DNA from: an uncultured virus (IMG/VR IMGVR_UViG_2061766007_002010)
Taxonomy: Duplodnaviria; Heunggongvirae; Uroviricota; Caudoviricetes
Strand: one strand, 5' to 3'
DNA: 45,372 nucleotides
Virus record (IMG/VR): IMGVR_UViG_2061766007_002010
Position numbers and translations under genes: made by a program. This document shows positions 9,294 to 19,916 of this stretch, one piece after another. The notes beneath the pieces were generated by a model that was not told where the DNA came from, did no database searches, and saw only the letters and a list, made by a program, of their open reading frames with translations. Each line of letters begins with the position of its first letter. Positions within the stretch are counted from its first letter, which is position 1.

Positions 9294-9301
9294 TATTTAT
9301 A
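9294..9301 (-). promoter_or_regulatory. T4-type late promoter TATAAATA
   Basis: Exact consensus about 20 bp upstream of the 9274 start. Confidence 0.75.
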
Positions 9302-9324
9302 ACAATTCTAATATTTTTTAAAGT

Positions 9325-9332
9325 TATAAATA
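9325..9332 (+). promoter_or_regulatory. T4-type late promoter TATAAATA
   Basis: Exact consensus 23 bp upstream of the 9356 start, back-to-back with the minus-strand copy. Confidence 0.75.
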
Positions 9333-9355
9333 ATATTAGAAAAGGAAATTAGACT

Positions 9356-9949
9356 ATGATAGTAAAAAACGGCGAAATTATTGCAATAGGTGCAGTAGAC
9401 CATGATGAAACCTTGATAGGTAATGGTACTAGTGCATCTCCGTTAGGTGTAAATGGTGCTATTTTAAAAAATGCTGGTGACTGGATAACAGTAACCGGAA
9501 AATATCCAAATTTTACCTATAATAAAAAAGCAGGAAATATACCATTTAATAATGGTACATCATTATCCGCTGATTCTGTGTATATGGTAGTTACGGATGT
9601 TTATTTTACACCATCTGCTGCAACTCCTAGCTGGTATGATATGTCTATTGATGTTGGTAACCAGTCATATGGATTTACTGTAGATGGCACAAATACTGGC
9701 ATACAAACTTATTCATTTACACAAATTGAAAATGTTGGCTCTAGAGATAAGACACTCAAAATTACGCCGCATTTTGATGCAATAGGTAAGGCAAACATAG
9801 TTCAGTCTATTCATAATATAATAGGCGTAGGCGGTGGTGGTTCGCCAAGTCCGACACCTGTAGATTACTCTACTATTCCATTCGAATTTGAAGATATGGA
9901 TAATGCAGAAACAACAACAGTTAACATTTTATATCAAGACGAGGAATAA
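9356..9949 (+). CDS. Virion structural/fibre-associated protein
   Basis: VDHDETLIGNGTSASPLGV motif recurs in the downstream fibres (IHDTTLTGQGNANDSKLGV, IDTTTLSGDGKSVSTKLGV). Beta-rich body with GGGGSPSPTP linker. Confidence 0.6.
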   Translation: MIVKNGEIIAIGAVDHDETLIGNGTSASPLGVNGAILKNAGDWITVTGKYPNFTYNKKAGNIPFNNGTSLSADSVYMVVTDVYFTPSAATPSWYDMSIDVGNQSYGFTVDGTNTGIQTYSFTQIENVGSRDKTLKITPHFDAIGKANIVQSIHNIIGVGGGGSPSPTPVDYSTIPFEFEDMDNAETTTVNILYQDEE

Positions 9950-9952
9950 TAA

Positions 9953-12900
9953 ATGGCTTTAAAAATTAAGAGTATTAGCGGTATTGAAGATATTGTTGTA
10001 TCATTTGCAGATTCAGCAAATAATGTTCCTGCTACAGGTATTGTAGGATTAGAAACATCTGGAAATATTGAAAAAATCATTCAAGGTGATAAAGTTATTT
10101 TATCTGGTAAAGACAGTGGTGGTCAAGAATATAGTGGCGCTGGTATTATCGTAGTTGATGACAATACAATCAGTGCTGATATGTCTGAATATTATAATGT
10201 TGAAGAAGTAAATGAACTTTTAGACGAAAAAGAAGATAAGATTACATATAGCTATAATGATAATAATGAAATTTCAGCAATTAATAATAGTGCTATTGGT
10301 GATACCTCTAATGGTAAATATGTTCCATTAAGTGCATCAAAATGCATGATAGGTAGTGGTAATTCTATATCTGATAGATCAAACTATACAGAATTTGCAC
10401 AAGGCTATAATAATACTGCTATAGAACATTCATTAGCGCAAGGTAATACTAATAATGCAGATACAATATCTTTTGCACAAGGTACTAATAATACAGCAAA
10501 TAGTACAGCGTTTGCACAAGGTAATTCTAATAATGGTGGCATCTATGCATTGGTTCAAGGTTATAGAAACTCTGCATATTATGCATCATTAGCACAGGGT
10601 GAAGCAAATAGTGCAATATTCTATTCACAGGCACAAGGTATTCGTAACTATGCACATAATTTCAGCTTAGCTGTTGGTAGTGCAAACAGTGGTTATGAAA
10701 GAGGTATTTCACTTGGTTTAAGAAGTTCTGCTCACTATACATCATTAGCTGTTGGCGACAATAACTGGTGTGAATTTGATTCATTTACTTTGGGTACAAA
10801 TAATAGTGCATCTAATAAAGGTCTTGCAGTAGGTCTTAAAAACTCTGCATATATGCAAAGTTTTGCTCAAGGTGATGATTGTTCTGCCAGAGATAAAGGT
10901 TTTGCACAAGGTGATAGATGTTATGCATATAATTATGGATTTGCACAAGGATCTAAAGTATCCGCAAATTATTATTGTGCATTGGCACAAGGTTATAATG
11001 TAAGTGCTAATTACGATAGCTTAGCTCAAGGTAATACGGTACAAGCTGGTGAAACAGCATGTGCACAAGGTTTTAATGTTACTGCATTAACTGGCTCTTT
11101 AGCGCAAGGTAAAAATTGTTCTGCAAAAAATTATTCATTTGCACAAGGTTTAAATAACACAGCAGTTGATTATTCTATTGCAGCAGGGCAAACTAATAAT
11201 GCTAGTGCATGGTCAACTAGCATAGGTTTGGCAAATACGGCTANNNNNNNNNNNNNNNNNNNNNNNTAGCACAAAATTATTCATTTGCACAAGGTGAAAA
11301 TGTAAAAGCAACGGGACAACATTCTCATGCAGAAGGTTATCAAACAACTGCAGAAGGTAATGAATCTCATGCAGAAGGTCAAAATACCTATGCTGGTGGA
11401 TTATGTGACCATGTAGAAGGTATGGGTGGTAATGGTGGTAATGGCGGTTTAAACCATATTGAAGGTTTCCAATATCATGTATATGGTTCAAATGGTGTTT
11501 CAGAATTCTTTAATACAAATAAAATAAAAATTAAAAATACAAGACAATTTAATGGATATTTATATGATTTAGTAAAAGCATTTAAAGAAAAATTTATTGT
11601 TTCTTGTGAATATAGTGATTCTACAGAATATCATTATACCGGAACTAATTTTTATAAACCAATTCTTTATGAAATAGTTGCAGTTGAATTAGATACATCT
11701 ACAGATGATTTGGTAATTACACTTAATGATTATATTACTAAAGGACAATATGGTTATGTAAATTTATTAGGGCCAACAACAATATCTAGTATTACTGGTT
11801 CTGGCTATTCTTTAACATCTAATCAAACGATAAATCAATTTACATTAAGTAGTTTAGGTTTCCCAGGAAATAATTTAGAAAGCATTAGAATTGATAATAC
11901 ATTTATTAGCATTTCATATTATTATGTGCCAGCTGAAAGTTCAACAGAAATAAATTTTTATAAAAATTTAAGTTTGAGTAATATAGAATATGATGATGCT
12001 CAGCATCAATATATATTAACTTTATCAGAAAGTATTGAAATACCAGAAATTAAAGGCGGTGGATATGGTTATTCTATATATGTTATGAATATACCTTATT
12101 ATGGTTGTAATCATATTGAAGGTCAAGATAATAAAGTTGAAAGTTGTGCTAATGCACATATTGAAGGTTATAAAAATTTAGTCCGTAGTTCAATGGCACA
12201 TGCTGAAGGTACTGAAACAAGTGCTACAAACACATGTTGTCATAGTGAAGGTAAACATACATTAGCAGATGGTAACTGCTCACATGCTGAAGGATATTAT
12301 ACACATGCTAATGGTGGTAATTCGCATGCTGAAGGTGATACTACATGGGCTACTGATGGCAATACTCATGCAGAAGGTTGGCACAGTTCAGCAGTAGGTA
12401 ATTGCTCACATGTTGAAGGTGAAACATGCTTAGCACAAGGTTCTTATTCTCATGCGCAAAACTACAGAACTAGTGCAATAGGTCAAGCATCTAATGCAGA
12501 AGGTTGGAAAACTCTTGCTAGTGGATATTACAGTCACGCAGAAGGTAATAACACTAGTGCTACTGGTGATTTTACTCATGCAGAAGGTGCTAATACTATA
12601 GCAAAAGCCGGTGGTTCTCATGCTGAAGGCACTTTTACTAGCGCATTAGGTGATCATGCACATGCAGAAGGTGGTAATACTATTGCAAGTGCCAATTGTT
12701 CTCATGCAGAAGGCGGTATAACAGTGGCAGCTAATTGGTATGCTCACTCAGAAGGATTACAAACAAGTGCATTAAGACAAGCTGCACATGCCGAAGGCGG
12801 AAATACATTAGCGAGTGGTAACTATTCACATGCTGAAGGCGATAAAACATTTACAAAGGGCGATTGGGGTGCACATGCTGAAGGTTCAGAAACAAGTGCA

Positions 12901-13896
12901 ATTGCCCTTTGGGGAGGTCATGCAGAAGGTTATCAATCAATTGCTTCTGCTGACTGGTGTCCACATGCAGAAGGTAATAAAACAAGTGCATTAAATGCTG
13001 GCACTCATGCAGAAGGTTCATGCACTATAGCTTCAGGAACTAATGCACATGCTGAAGGTTCATCTACTATTGCAGTTGGGGTAGATTCACATTCTGAAGG
13101 TTCTGAAACTTCCGCAGTCGGACATTATTCACATGCTGAAGGAAATACTACTATTACAGAAGGTGAGAATGCACATGCAGAAGGTAATAGTACAACGGCA
13201 AGAGGTGATAATTCACATGCAGAAGGTTGGGATACTATTGCAGTAGGAGCTCGTTCACATACTGAAGGTTGTGGTACAAGTGCATATGATTATGATGCTC
13301 ATGCAGAGGGCAGTGATACTCTTGCAAGTGGTATTGCTACTCATGCAGAAGGAAGTAATACAGTAGCAAAAAGTTTTTATGCACATGCTGAAGGTGATAG
13401 CACAAGCGCTTTAAGTAAAGGTTCACATGCAGAAGGTTGGCTTACAATAGCTGATGACATGTATATGCATGCACAAGGTAGATGTAATAAAACATCAGCA
13501 AATATTGCATTTGTAATTGGTAATGGAACTGTTGATAATAATGATGTTATACATCGTTCTGATGCATTTATTGTTGATTGGAATGGTGTAGCAAGTGCTG
13601 CAGATTTTATAGCAGGTGATGTAAGTCTATCATCTTTGGCTGGAATGAATTTCATCGGTGAAGATGGTATTCAAGTTACAGAATCTGCAGATGGTTATCA
13701 TATTGGTATTTCTGCTCAATCAGAGATTAGTGCTGGTGAAGGAATTGCTATTAATGCAGTAGATAATTCTACGATAATTTCATTATCTGGTTGTTTGACT
13801 GATCTTATGTATTTGTTGAATAATAAGCCTGCTACTGGACAATCTTATGCATTAGGATTAGATACTAATGGTAATTTATCATGGTTAACAGTGTAA
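9953..13896 (+). CDS. Long tail fibre/adhesin with trimeric-autotransporter head (YadA/Hep_Hag-like) repeats; probably one gene split by the 11244-11266 gap
   Basis: 13-aa (S)xAQGxxNxA repeats followed by many 14-aa SHAEGxxTxAxG repeats, closed by FVIGNGT...RSDAFIVDWNG. The frame is open right after the gap (AQNYSFAQGENVKATGTHSHAEG). Confidence 0.8.
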
Positions 13897-13998
13897 AAGG
13901 CAGTTAAATACCAATATTAACTTTAAATAGGAAGTTTGACATTTAAGTGCTACTGAAGGCTGCTAGGTTGCTTCTGGCAGTCTTGAACAGTGATATGA

Positions 13999-15426
13999 TT
14001 ATCTCCAGCTTGATGGTAGTTTGTTTACTACTGAACTTTGAGAAGTATATGATCCACAGTATCTGAATGTATGAATGTGTGCATCATTATTATTCTGAAT
14101 ATTTGGTAATGATTTTAGATAGTTGTATGTTTCTTGTACTCCGCTAGCGACGTAATAAGCATAGTCGAACATGTAACTAACGTCATACACATTTGGCATC
14201 GGTACCGGTCGAATGCTAGTTAATTTCGTATTCTGGAACATACCGTAAGCATCCAAGGCATTCGGAAATTCGAGATATGATGGAATTTCTGTTATTCCAG
14301 TAGATGCGAATAGCAATTCTACACTCACTGCATTCGTGAAACTTAGACCATTCGGGATAGAAGTTACTTTAGACATCCCACAGAATGCCATGTTCAAATT
14401 GGTTATATTGCTATAATCGAATAGCGGAATCGATGCAAGATTCGTACATGATTGGAATACTGAATATGCGGATGTTACGTGTGAGAAGTCAAAATTCGGA
14501 ATAGTTGTTAATGCCTCACATCCTCTAAACATCTGATTTACAGATGTTAGCTGTCCAGTAATAATAGTTCCAACTGTTATAAGGGCAGAACAATTATACC
14601 ATACACTATTCAACGTCGTAACTTTCGGCACAGATATTGAAGGCATTGTAGTGATCAATGAGCAGCTTGCGAATGCAGCATCGATATTTTCTACATTAGA
14701 AATATCCCATCGTAGGAAGTCGTTCAACGATCTTAGGCTTCTGCACTGTTGCAGAACACATTTCATATTTGTGACTTTAGATGTGTTTATGAACGGAATT
14801 GAAGTCAAAGCGCTGCAAGAGTCGAAGAGGAAGCTTATATCAGTCAGCTTAGGTGTATCGCAGATATCTACTGAAGTTAACGTAGTACATCGTGCAAAGC
14901 AATTTATCAATGATTCAACATTCGGCAGAGAAGTTAATCTGACACTCGAAAGATTACTACACTCAGCAAATGTGCTATTTAGATTTTTAACTGCTGGACC
15001 GTTGAATGCCAATACCGAATCTAATGCAGTATTATTTGCAAACGTTGAACCAAGTCTCTCTACAGAACCTAGATCAGTATCTACTATTTGTACTCTACCC
15101 GTAGTATTTTTATCTAGGCGCATATAGAATGCGCTTCCCCAGTCGGTAGAATCGTATGTCCATGTCCAATCATTATATTGGCTAGATGTATCTTTTGTCC
15201 ATGTGCCAACTGGATAAATGGTAGTCTGACCATAATAAGTGTAGGAGGTTGGGAGATCTGTCGACGGGTTGAAGGATGGTTTATCTAGAAACCTAAGAGT
15301 AACAGAGCCTGGATTAGTCGGTACTGGAGGTTCTGGTGGATCAGGAGGAACTGGAGAAGAACTTCCTCTAATGAGAAGTCTTCCATTTCTCTTCAAAAGT
15401 CTTAATCCACGTCTCAACAAAGTCAT
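13999..15426 (-). CDS. DUF285/BspA-type leucine-rich repeat surface protein
   Basis: Repeats such as NTSKVTNMKCVLQQCRSLRSL, WDISNVENIDAAFASC, FDFSHVTSAYSVFQSCTNLASIP; Pro-rich linker. The AAGGAG RBS favours the ATG at 15426 over the tracked 15447 start. Confidence 0.85.
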   Translation of the reverse strand: MTLLRRGLRLLKRNGRLLIRGSSSPVPPDPPEPPVPTNPGSVTLRFLDKPSFNPSTDLPTSYTYYGQTTIYPVGTWTKDTSSQYNDWTWTYDSTDWGSAFYMRLDKNTTGRVQIVDTDLGSVERLGSTFANNTALDSVLAFNGPAVKNLNSTFAECSNLSSVRLTSLPNVESLINCFARCTTLTSVDICDTPKLTDISFLFDSCSALTSIPFINTSKVTNMKCVLQQCRSLRSLNDFLRWDISNVENIDAAFASCSLITTMPSISVPKVTTLNSVWYNCSALITVGTIITGQLTSVNQMFRGCEALTTIPNFDFSHVTSAYSVFQSCTNLASIPLFDYSNITNLNMAFCGMSKVTSIPNGLSFTNAVSVELLFASTGITEIPSYLEFPNALDAYGMFQNTKLTSIRPVPMPNVYDVSYMFDYAYYVASGVQETYNYLKSLPNIQNNNDAHIHTFRYCGSYTSQSSVVNKLPSSWR

Positions 15427-15436
15427 AACTTCTCCT

Positions 15437-15496
15437 TTATCCAACAATGATCTCGTTGGTTTTCAAAATTTTATTATTTTTAACAAGTATCATCAT
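15437..15496 (-). CDS. Possible 19-aa micro-ORF or relic (MMILVKNNKILKTNEIIVG)
   Basis: Lies between the late promoter and the BspA-like gene; its stop abuts the RBS of the latter. Confidence 0.3.
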   Translation of the reverse strand: MMILVKNNKILKTNEIIVG

Positions 15497-15514
15497 ATGT
15501 GCTAAACTGTAATA

Positions 15515-15522
15515 TATTTATA
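15515..15522 (-). promoter_or_regulatory. T4-type late promoter TATAAATA
   Basis: Exact consensus upstream of the inverted BspA-like gene. Confidence 0.65.
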
Positions 15523-15647
15523 GTAAAGTGTAAAAAACATGTTTTAATATAATGATACTATAAAATAAAAACTATTATATAAAAATATATCTGTTAAAGA
15601 AGGTTCTGCTCTTTATGACGGTAACGGGTTTTATGCCATCTTTTTAT

Positions 15648-15655
15648 TATAAATA
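15648..15655 (+). promoter_or_regulatory. T4-type late promoter TATAAATA
   Basis: Exact consensus followed by GAGG RBS and the ATG at 15672. Confidence 0.75.
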
Positions 15656-15671
15656 ATATGAGGTTAAGTAA

Positions 15672-18600
15672 ATGGCAGAAAGAAAAAAACTAGAAGTTAC
15701 AATTTTACAGCAAAATTTTGAAGAAAAAGATCAAGCACAGGCTAGAAATAACATTAATGCTGCTTCTACGTCAGATGTTTCTTCATTAAGTGCTAAAACC
15801 GTTACTAAGATTAATGGAGACGAATGTTTAAAAGTCACATCTGCTATAAATCCAGATGATGGAACGATTGAATATTCTTTATCAGTTACTGCAGAGCCAA
15901 CAGATACAAGAATACAAGGTAAAGACGGAGTTTATGCTTCAAGAGTTCAAGGTGATGAAGGTTTATGGACTGTCGGTTTATCTGGTAAGTATCTTTCTGC
16001 AAATGCTTTAAATAATTTGAGTGGAAATTGGGAAAATGCATATAAAGCAGTTTCTGCATATTCTGGCGATTTCGCTAGTTGGAAAAAAGAATATGAGTTG
16101 GTTTCTGCTAATAGTGCTAAATGGGATAAAGTAACTTCTAAGTTAGATGCTAGTGCATTTTCTAGTATTTCTGGAAATTTTGCATTAAGTGCAGATGTTG
16201 CTAGACAGTTTGGCGTAACTTCTTCTTGGGCAACAAGTACATTCCAGCCAGTTGGTGATTATCTTTCTGCAAGTGAAAAATACCTTTCTGCTAATGCATT
16301 AGATAATCTTAGTGGTATTTGGAATAGTGTATTTAATTCTGTATCTTCTACATCTGCAGAATGGAATAAAGTTTCTGCAAAATTAGATAAAACCGCCTTT
16401 GAAACTTGGTCTGCTCAAACAGAAAATTGGGATATTTCTGCATATAGTGGAAAAGACGGAATTCAAATTAAAGACCATTGGATATTTGTTAGTGCAGATT
16501 ATGCATTAAGCGCCGATGTTGATGATAGATTACAAGAAACTTCTTCCTGGGCTAATGATACATTCCAGGTTAAAGGTAATTATCTTTCTGCTAATGCATT
16601 AGATAATTATAGCGGAAAATGGAATAGTGTATTTAATTCTGTATCTTCTACTAGTGCAAAATGGAATTCTGTTTATGAAACAGTTGATAGCTATTCTGGT
16701 GATTGGGAAGATGCATTCATCACATTAGATTCTACATCTGCAGAATGGAATAAAGTTTCTGCAAAATTGGATAAAGCTGATTTTGATACCTGGTCTGCAA
16801 AGACAAAAGATTGGGATATTTCAGCATATAGTGGTGATAATAATATAATTAGCGTTAATAACCATATTATTTCTGCTAATTTAAGTGCTTATTATAAGAA
16901 GTTTGAAACTAGTGCAAGTGATGAACTTGATGATAGATTTGAACCTATTGAAGAAGATATTGAATACTTACAAGAAGATGTCGAAATATTAAAAGAAAAT
17001 TCTGCACATAACACAGTAACAAGTTTAAATGAATATATCACGGTTCATTCCGGAACTAATGAATTTGAATTAGAATTCCTTAGCGGTGATTTAGCAACAA
17101 AAACTTGGGTCAAAGAACAACTTGGTGACTTTGGCGGTTTTGTTGTAGTAGATGAATTACCATTAACTGGTGACCCTAAAAAGATTTATTTGATTAAAGA
17201 TTCTACAGTAACAGGTGTGGATAAGTCTTATGAATGGGTTATAACCGGTGCAGAACCAAATACTGGTTGGTATTGTATTGGTGATACTTCAATAGATTTA
17301 ACACCATATGTAAAGATTTCTGATATTTCTGCAGCAAGTGCAACATGGGATTCTGCTTATGATTGGACAATGGCAAATTCCGCAAAAACTATGGAAGTAA
17401 ATTCTGTAGTTGATACATATTCTGCTAATTGGAATAATCATTCCGCATTATCTGCTGTAGTTGATAATAAACTTGATGCTGCTGAATCAGCAAAGTTCAT
17501 GCTTCTGTCTGATATTCAAGGAAATGATGACGGTAAAATTATTGGTTACGGAACTTCTGCAATTTATCATCCAACATATTATGGAAAAGACGGAATTGCA
17601 GTTGAAGATTACATAATTAGTATTTCTGCAGATTACCTTTCTGCTAATGCACTTGACCAGCTTAGTGGAAATTGGAATAGTGTATATGATACTGTTGAAA
17701 CTAACAGTGCAAATTGGAACAGTGTATATGATACTGTTGAAACTAACAGTGCAAATTGGAATGAAGCTTCTGCATTTAGTGCAAATTCCGGAAAATTTGT
17801 AACCTCAGGTAATGAAATCGCAGATACTGATTTAGCATACGTTTTAAAGAAAACTGGTGATAATGTTGCTTGGTCTGGTATTGATTTATCTAATCTTGGT
17901 AAGATATATCCAATTACATCTATAACACCAGATTTAGTTTCTGCAACTATTTCTGCTGTTAATGATATTCCTACTTATGTATTAAGCGCAAAAGAAACAG
18001 ATCCAGCTGTTTATTATGATGTTTCTGCAAATAGAATGAGCGCCTGGTCTGGAATTGATGATGATATAAATTATTATTTCTTACAAGGTGCAAATATTAG
18101 CGGTAATAATGGTATTTCTGCTGAATATAACCCAGAAAATAATCAATGGGATATTGGTTTAAGAAATCCAAGTTATAACTATGCTGCAGCAAGAACAAAT
18201 GTAACAACAATGACTGCAACAACAGAGACACTTTCTGGTTTTGTTGATATTAGCACTGCAGGTATTACATTTGAAAACGATATAGTTACATTAGATAAGG
18301 GTTTATATCACGTTGATATTCAGGTTAATATTCCTATCGATGAAGTCGATGAATCTTATTATGATGTAACCTTAACACCATCTTTAAGCAATGCTGTATT
18401 AAGACAGACTATTGATTCTACTTATATTCATAATACTACATTAGATTTGTCATTCGATATTAATCTTTTGACTGATAATAATGAATTGACATTTACACTC
18501 GCTGGTTTACCAGTAGGTGGAAAATACAGAGTAGAGAATTTCCAGATTCATGAAGTTACAACCATTGATTCATTAATTGATGTTATTGGCGGAGATTATG

Positions 18601-19586
18601 CTGGTGGTGCCGGTATAAATGTTGATAGTGAAAACAAAATCAATGTAAATGTCGATACTGCATCTGGTATTGGTATAAATGCAAATAACCAGATTTATGT
18701 AAAACTTGGTAAAGGATTAAAATTCGATACAGAAGGAGCAGCAGAAGGTACATTAACACTTGATAATGTTACGGAAGAAGTAGTTGAGACCGTTCAAGCT
18801 TTACAGGTAGAACTTGAAGGTAAGTTAACTACTAATATGAATATTTCTGATGCTAAGAATGTTGGCTGTCCGTTCTATAATACTCCATCCACACCAACAT
18901 TAGGTGCTGCATTATTCACGGTTCCACTAAACCACAAAATTAATACCGATACAGAAATTTCATTCTTTACTTCTCAAGTTATGAATCAGTCATTCCCGAT
19001 TATGATTGGTTTGTTGGAATATAATTTCAAATATTACGATATTGAAAATAATACGTTGGTAACACGTTCTCAAACCAAGTGGATTGCTGATACTGGTTTA
19101 ATTTGGTCTGATACTCGTGCTGTTGATGGAAACTGGATAGGTCAGAGAGATGATCAAGCACCGACTGAAAAAGCAAACCGTAAGTATACCTTTAAATTTA
19201 AGAATGTAACAGATATTATTAGCGGAACAGTAACAGACCCAGCAGATGGAACTGTCTATACTAATATAGTAAGTCCAGAAATGAGATCTGACCGTGCATA
19301 CTATTTAGCATTCTTCGGTAGAGCTGGACAAGGTATGAGCTATTTCTTGGGTGATGATGGTTATAGTATTACAACAAACTCTGACCCATATCTTTCATTC
19401 TATGTAAATAATATGAGTTATTATGAAACAGAAGAATCTACAGGTATACCAATGGCAAACTGGGATAATGCTGCTTGGGAGGCTCATAGTGGAATGAGTA
19501 TGAGTTCTGTAAATTACTGGAAACGAGAAGGTGAAGCTAATACGATTGCACGTCCATTAGTATTAATCAGGAATAATGTTCAATAA
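15672..19586 (+). CDS. Large repeat-rich tail fibre/virion appendage protein
   Basis: 1304 aa with recurring YLSANALDNLSGxWNSV, WNKVSAKLD and YSGKDGI modules; beta-rich C-terminal domains; late promoter. Confidence 0.75.
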   Translation: MAERKKLEVTILQQNFEEKDQAQARNNINAASTSDVSSLSAKTVTKINGDECLKVTSAINPDDGTIEYSLSVTAEPTDTRIQGKDGVYASRVQGDEGLWTVGLSGKYLSANALNNLSGNWENAYKAVSAYSGDFASWKKEYELVSANSAKWDKVTSKLDASAFSSISGNFALSADVARQFGVTSSWATSTFQPVGDYLSASEKYLSANALDNLSGIWNSVFNSVSSTSAEWNKVSAKLDKTAFETWSAQTENWDISAYSGKDGIQIKDHWIFVSADYALSADVDDRLQETSSWANDTFQVKGNYLSANALDNYSGKWNSVFNSVSSTSAKWNSVYETVDSYSGDWEDAFITLDSTSAEWNKVSAKLDKADFDTWSAKTKDWDISAYSGDNNIISVNNHIISANLSAYYKKFETSASDELDDRFEPIEEDIEYLQEDVEILKENSAHNTVTSLNEYITVHSGTNEFELEFLSGDLATKTWVKEQLGDFGGFVVVDELPLTGDPKKIYLIKDSTVTGVDKSYEWVITGAEPNTGWYCIGDTSIDLTPYVKISDISAASATWDSAYDWTMANSAKTMEVNSVVDTYSANWNNHSALSAVVDNKLDAAESAKFMLLSDIQGNDDGKIIGYGTSAIYHPTYYGKDGIAVEDYIISISADYLSANALDQLSGNWNSVYDTVETNSANWNSVYDTVETNSANWNEASAFSANSGKFVTSGNEIADTDLAYVLKKTGDNVAWSGIDLSNLGKIYPITSITPDLVSATISAVNDIPTYVLSAKETDPAVYYDVSANRMSAWSGIDDDINYYFLQGANISGNNGISAEYNPENNQWDIGLRNPSYNYAAARTNVTTMTATTETLSGFVDISTAGITFENDIVTLDKGLYHVDIQVNIPIDEVDESYYDVTLTPSLSNAVLRQTIDSTYIHNTTLDLSFDINLLTDNNELTFTLAGLPVGGKYRVENFQIHEVTTIDSLIDVIGGDYAGGAGINVDSENKINVNVDTASGIGINANNQIYVKLGKGLKFDTEGAAEGTLTLDNVTEEVVETVQALQVELEGKLTTNMNISDAKNVGCPFYNTPSTPTLGAALFTVPLNHKINTDTEISFFTSQVMNQSFPIMIGLLEYNFKYYDIENNTLVTRSQTKWIADTGLIWSDTRAVDGNWIGQRDDQAPTEKANRKYTFKFKNVTDIISGTVTDPADGTVYTNIVSPEMRSDRAYYLAFFGRAGQGMSYFLGDDGYSITTNSDPYLSFYVNNMSYYETEESTGIPMANWDNAAWEAHSGMSMSSVNYWKREGEANTIARPLVLIRNNVQ
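17669..17762 (+). repeat. 42-bp in-frame tandem duplication (NWNSVYDTVETNSA x2)
   Basis: Two near-identical consecutive copies of aaattggaa(t/c)agtgtatatgatactgttgaaactaacagtgc. Confidence 0.9.
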
Positions 19587-19595
19587 GAGGATTTT

Positions 19596-19916
19596 ATGAT
19601 TTCATGTTATAATAGAATTTATTTATCAACATCACAGAATAATACAGAAGCAGAAATCTTCTTTAACGGTCATAATAAGACTGGTCTTGAATGGAATCAA
19701 TATATTGGTAGAATTATCATAAATGATTTTATCAAACAGCTTGATAATTATGACGGAACAGATTTTGCTGAGTATATGAATGTTCTTCCATATATTGAAT
19801 ATGGTATGTTTCAGTCTGCAATAAAACTCATTAAAACAATAAACATAAAAGGTTTAGAAACAGTAAAAGCATGGTTATTAAACGCATTAGCAGAGGGCGA
19901 AGATAGATATGAGTAA
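19596..19916 (+). CDS. Putative fibre assembly chaperone-like protein
   Basis: Small helical ORF directly after a fibre gene; similar to the C-terminal half of 24507-25169. Confidence 0.5.
   Translation: MISCYNRIYLSTSQNNTEAEIFFNGHNKTGLEWNQYIGRIIINDFIKQLDNYDGTDFAEYMNVLPYIEYGMFQSAIKLIKTINIKGLETVKAWLLNALAEGEDRYE

Noticed and set aside
10390..13470. Regularly spaced short DNA repeats (gcacaaggt, catgcagaagg) that look like a CRISPR array
   Set aside because: They are 39/42-bp codon-level repeats of AQG/HAEG peptide units in an open frame with wobble variation. No cas genes are present.
13952..13991. Hairpin AAGGCTGCTAG/CTGGCAGTCTT between convergent genes as an ncRNA
   Set aside because: It is a single stem with no U-tract and no recognisable family, most simply a 3'-end stabilising or terminating structure.
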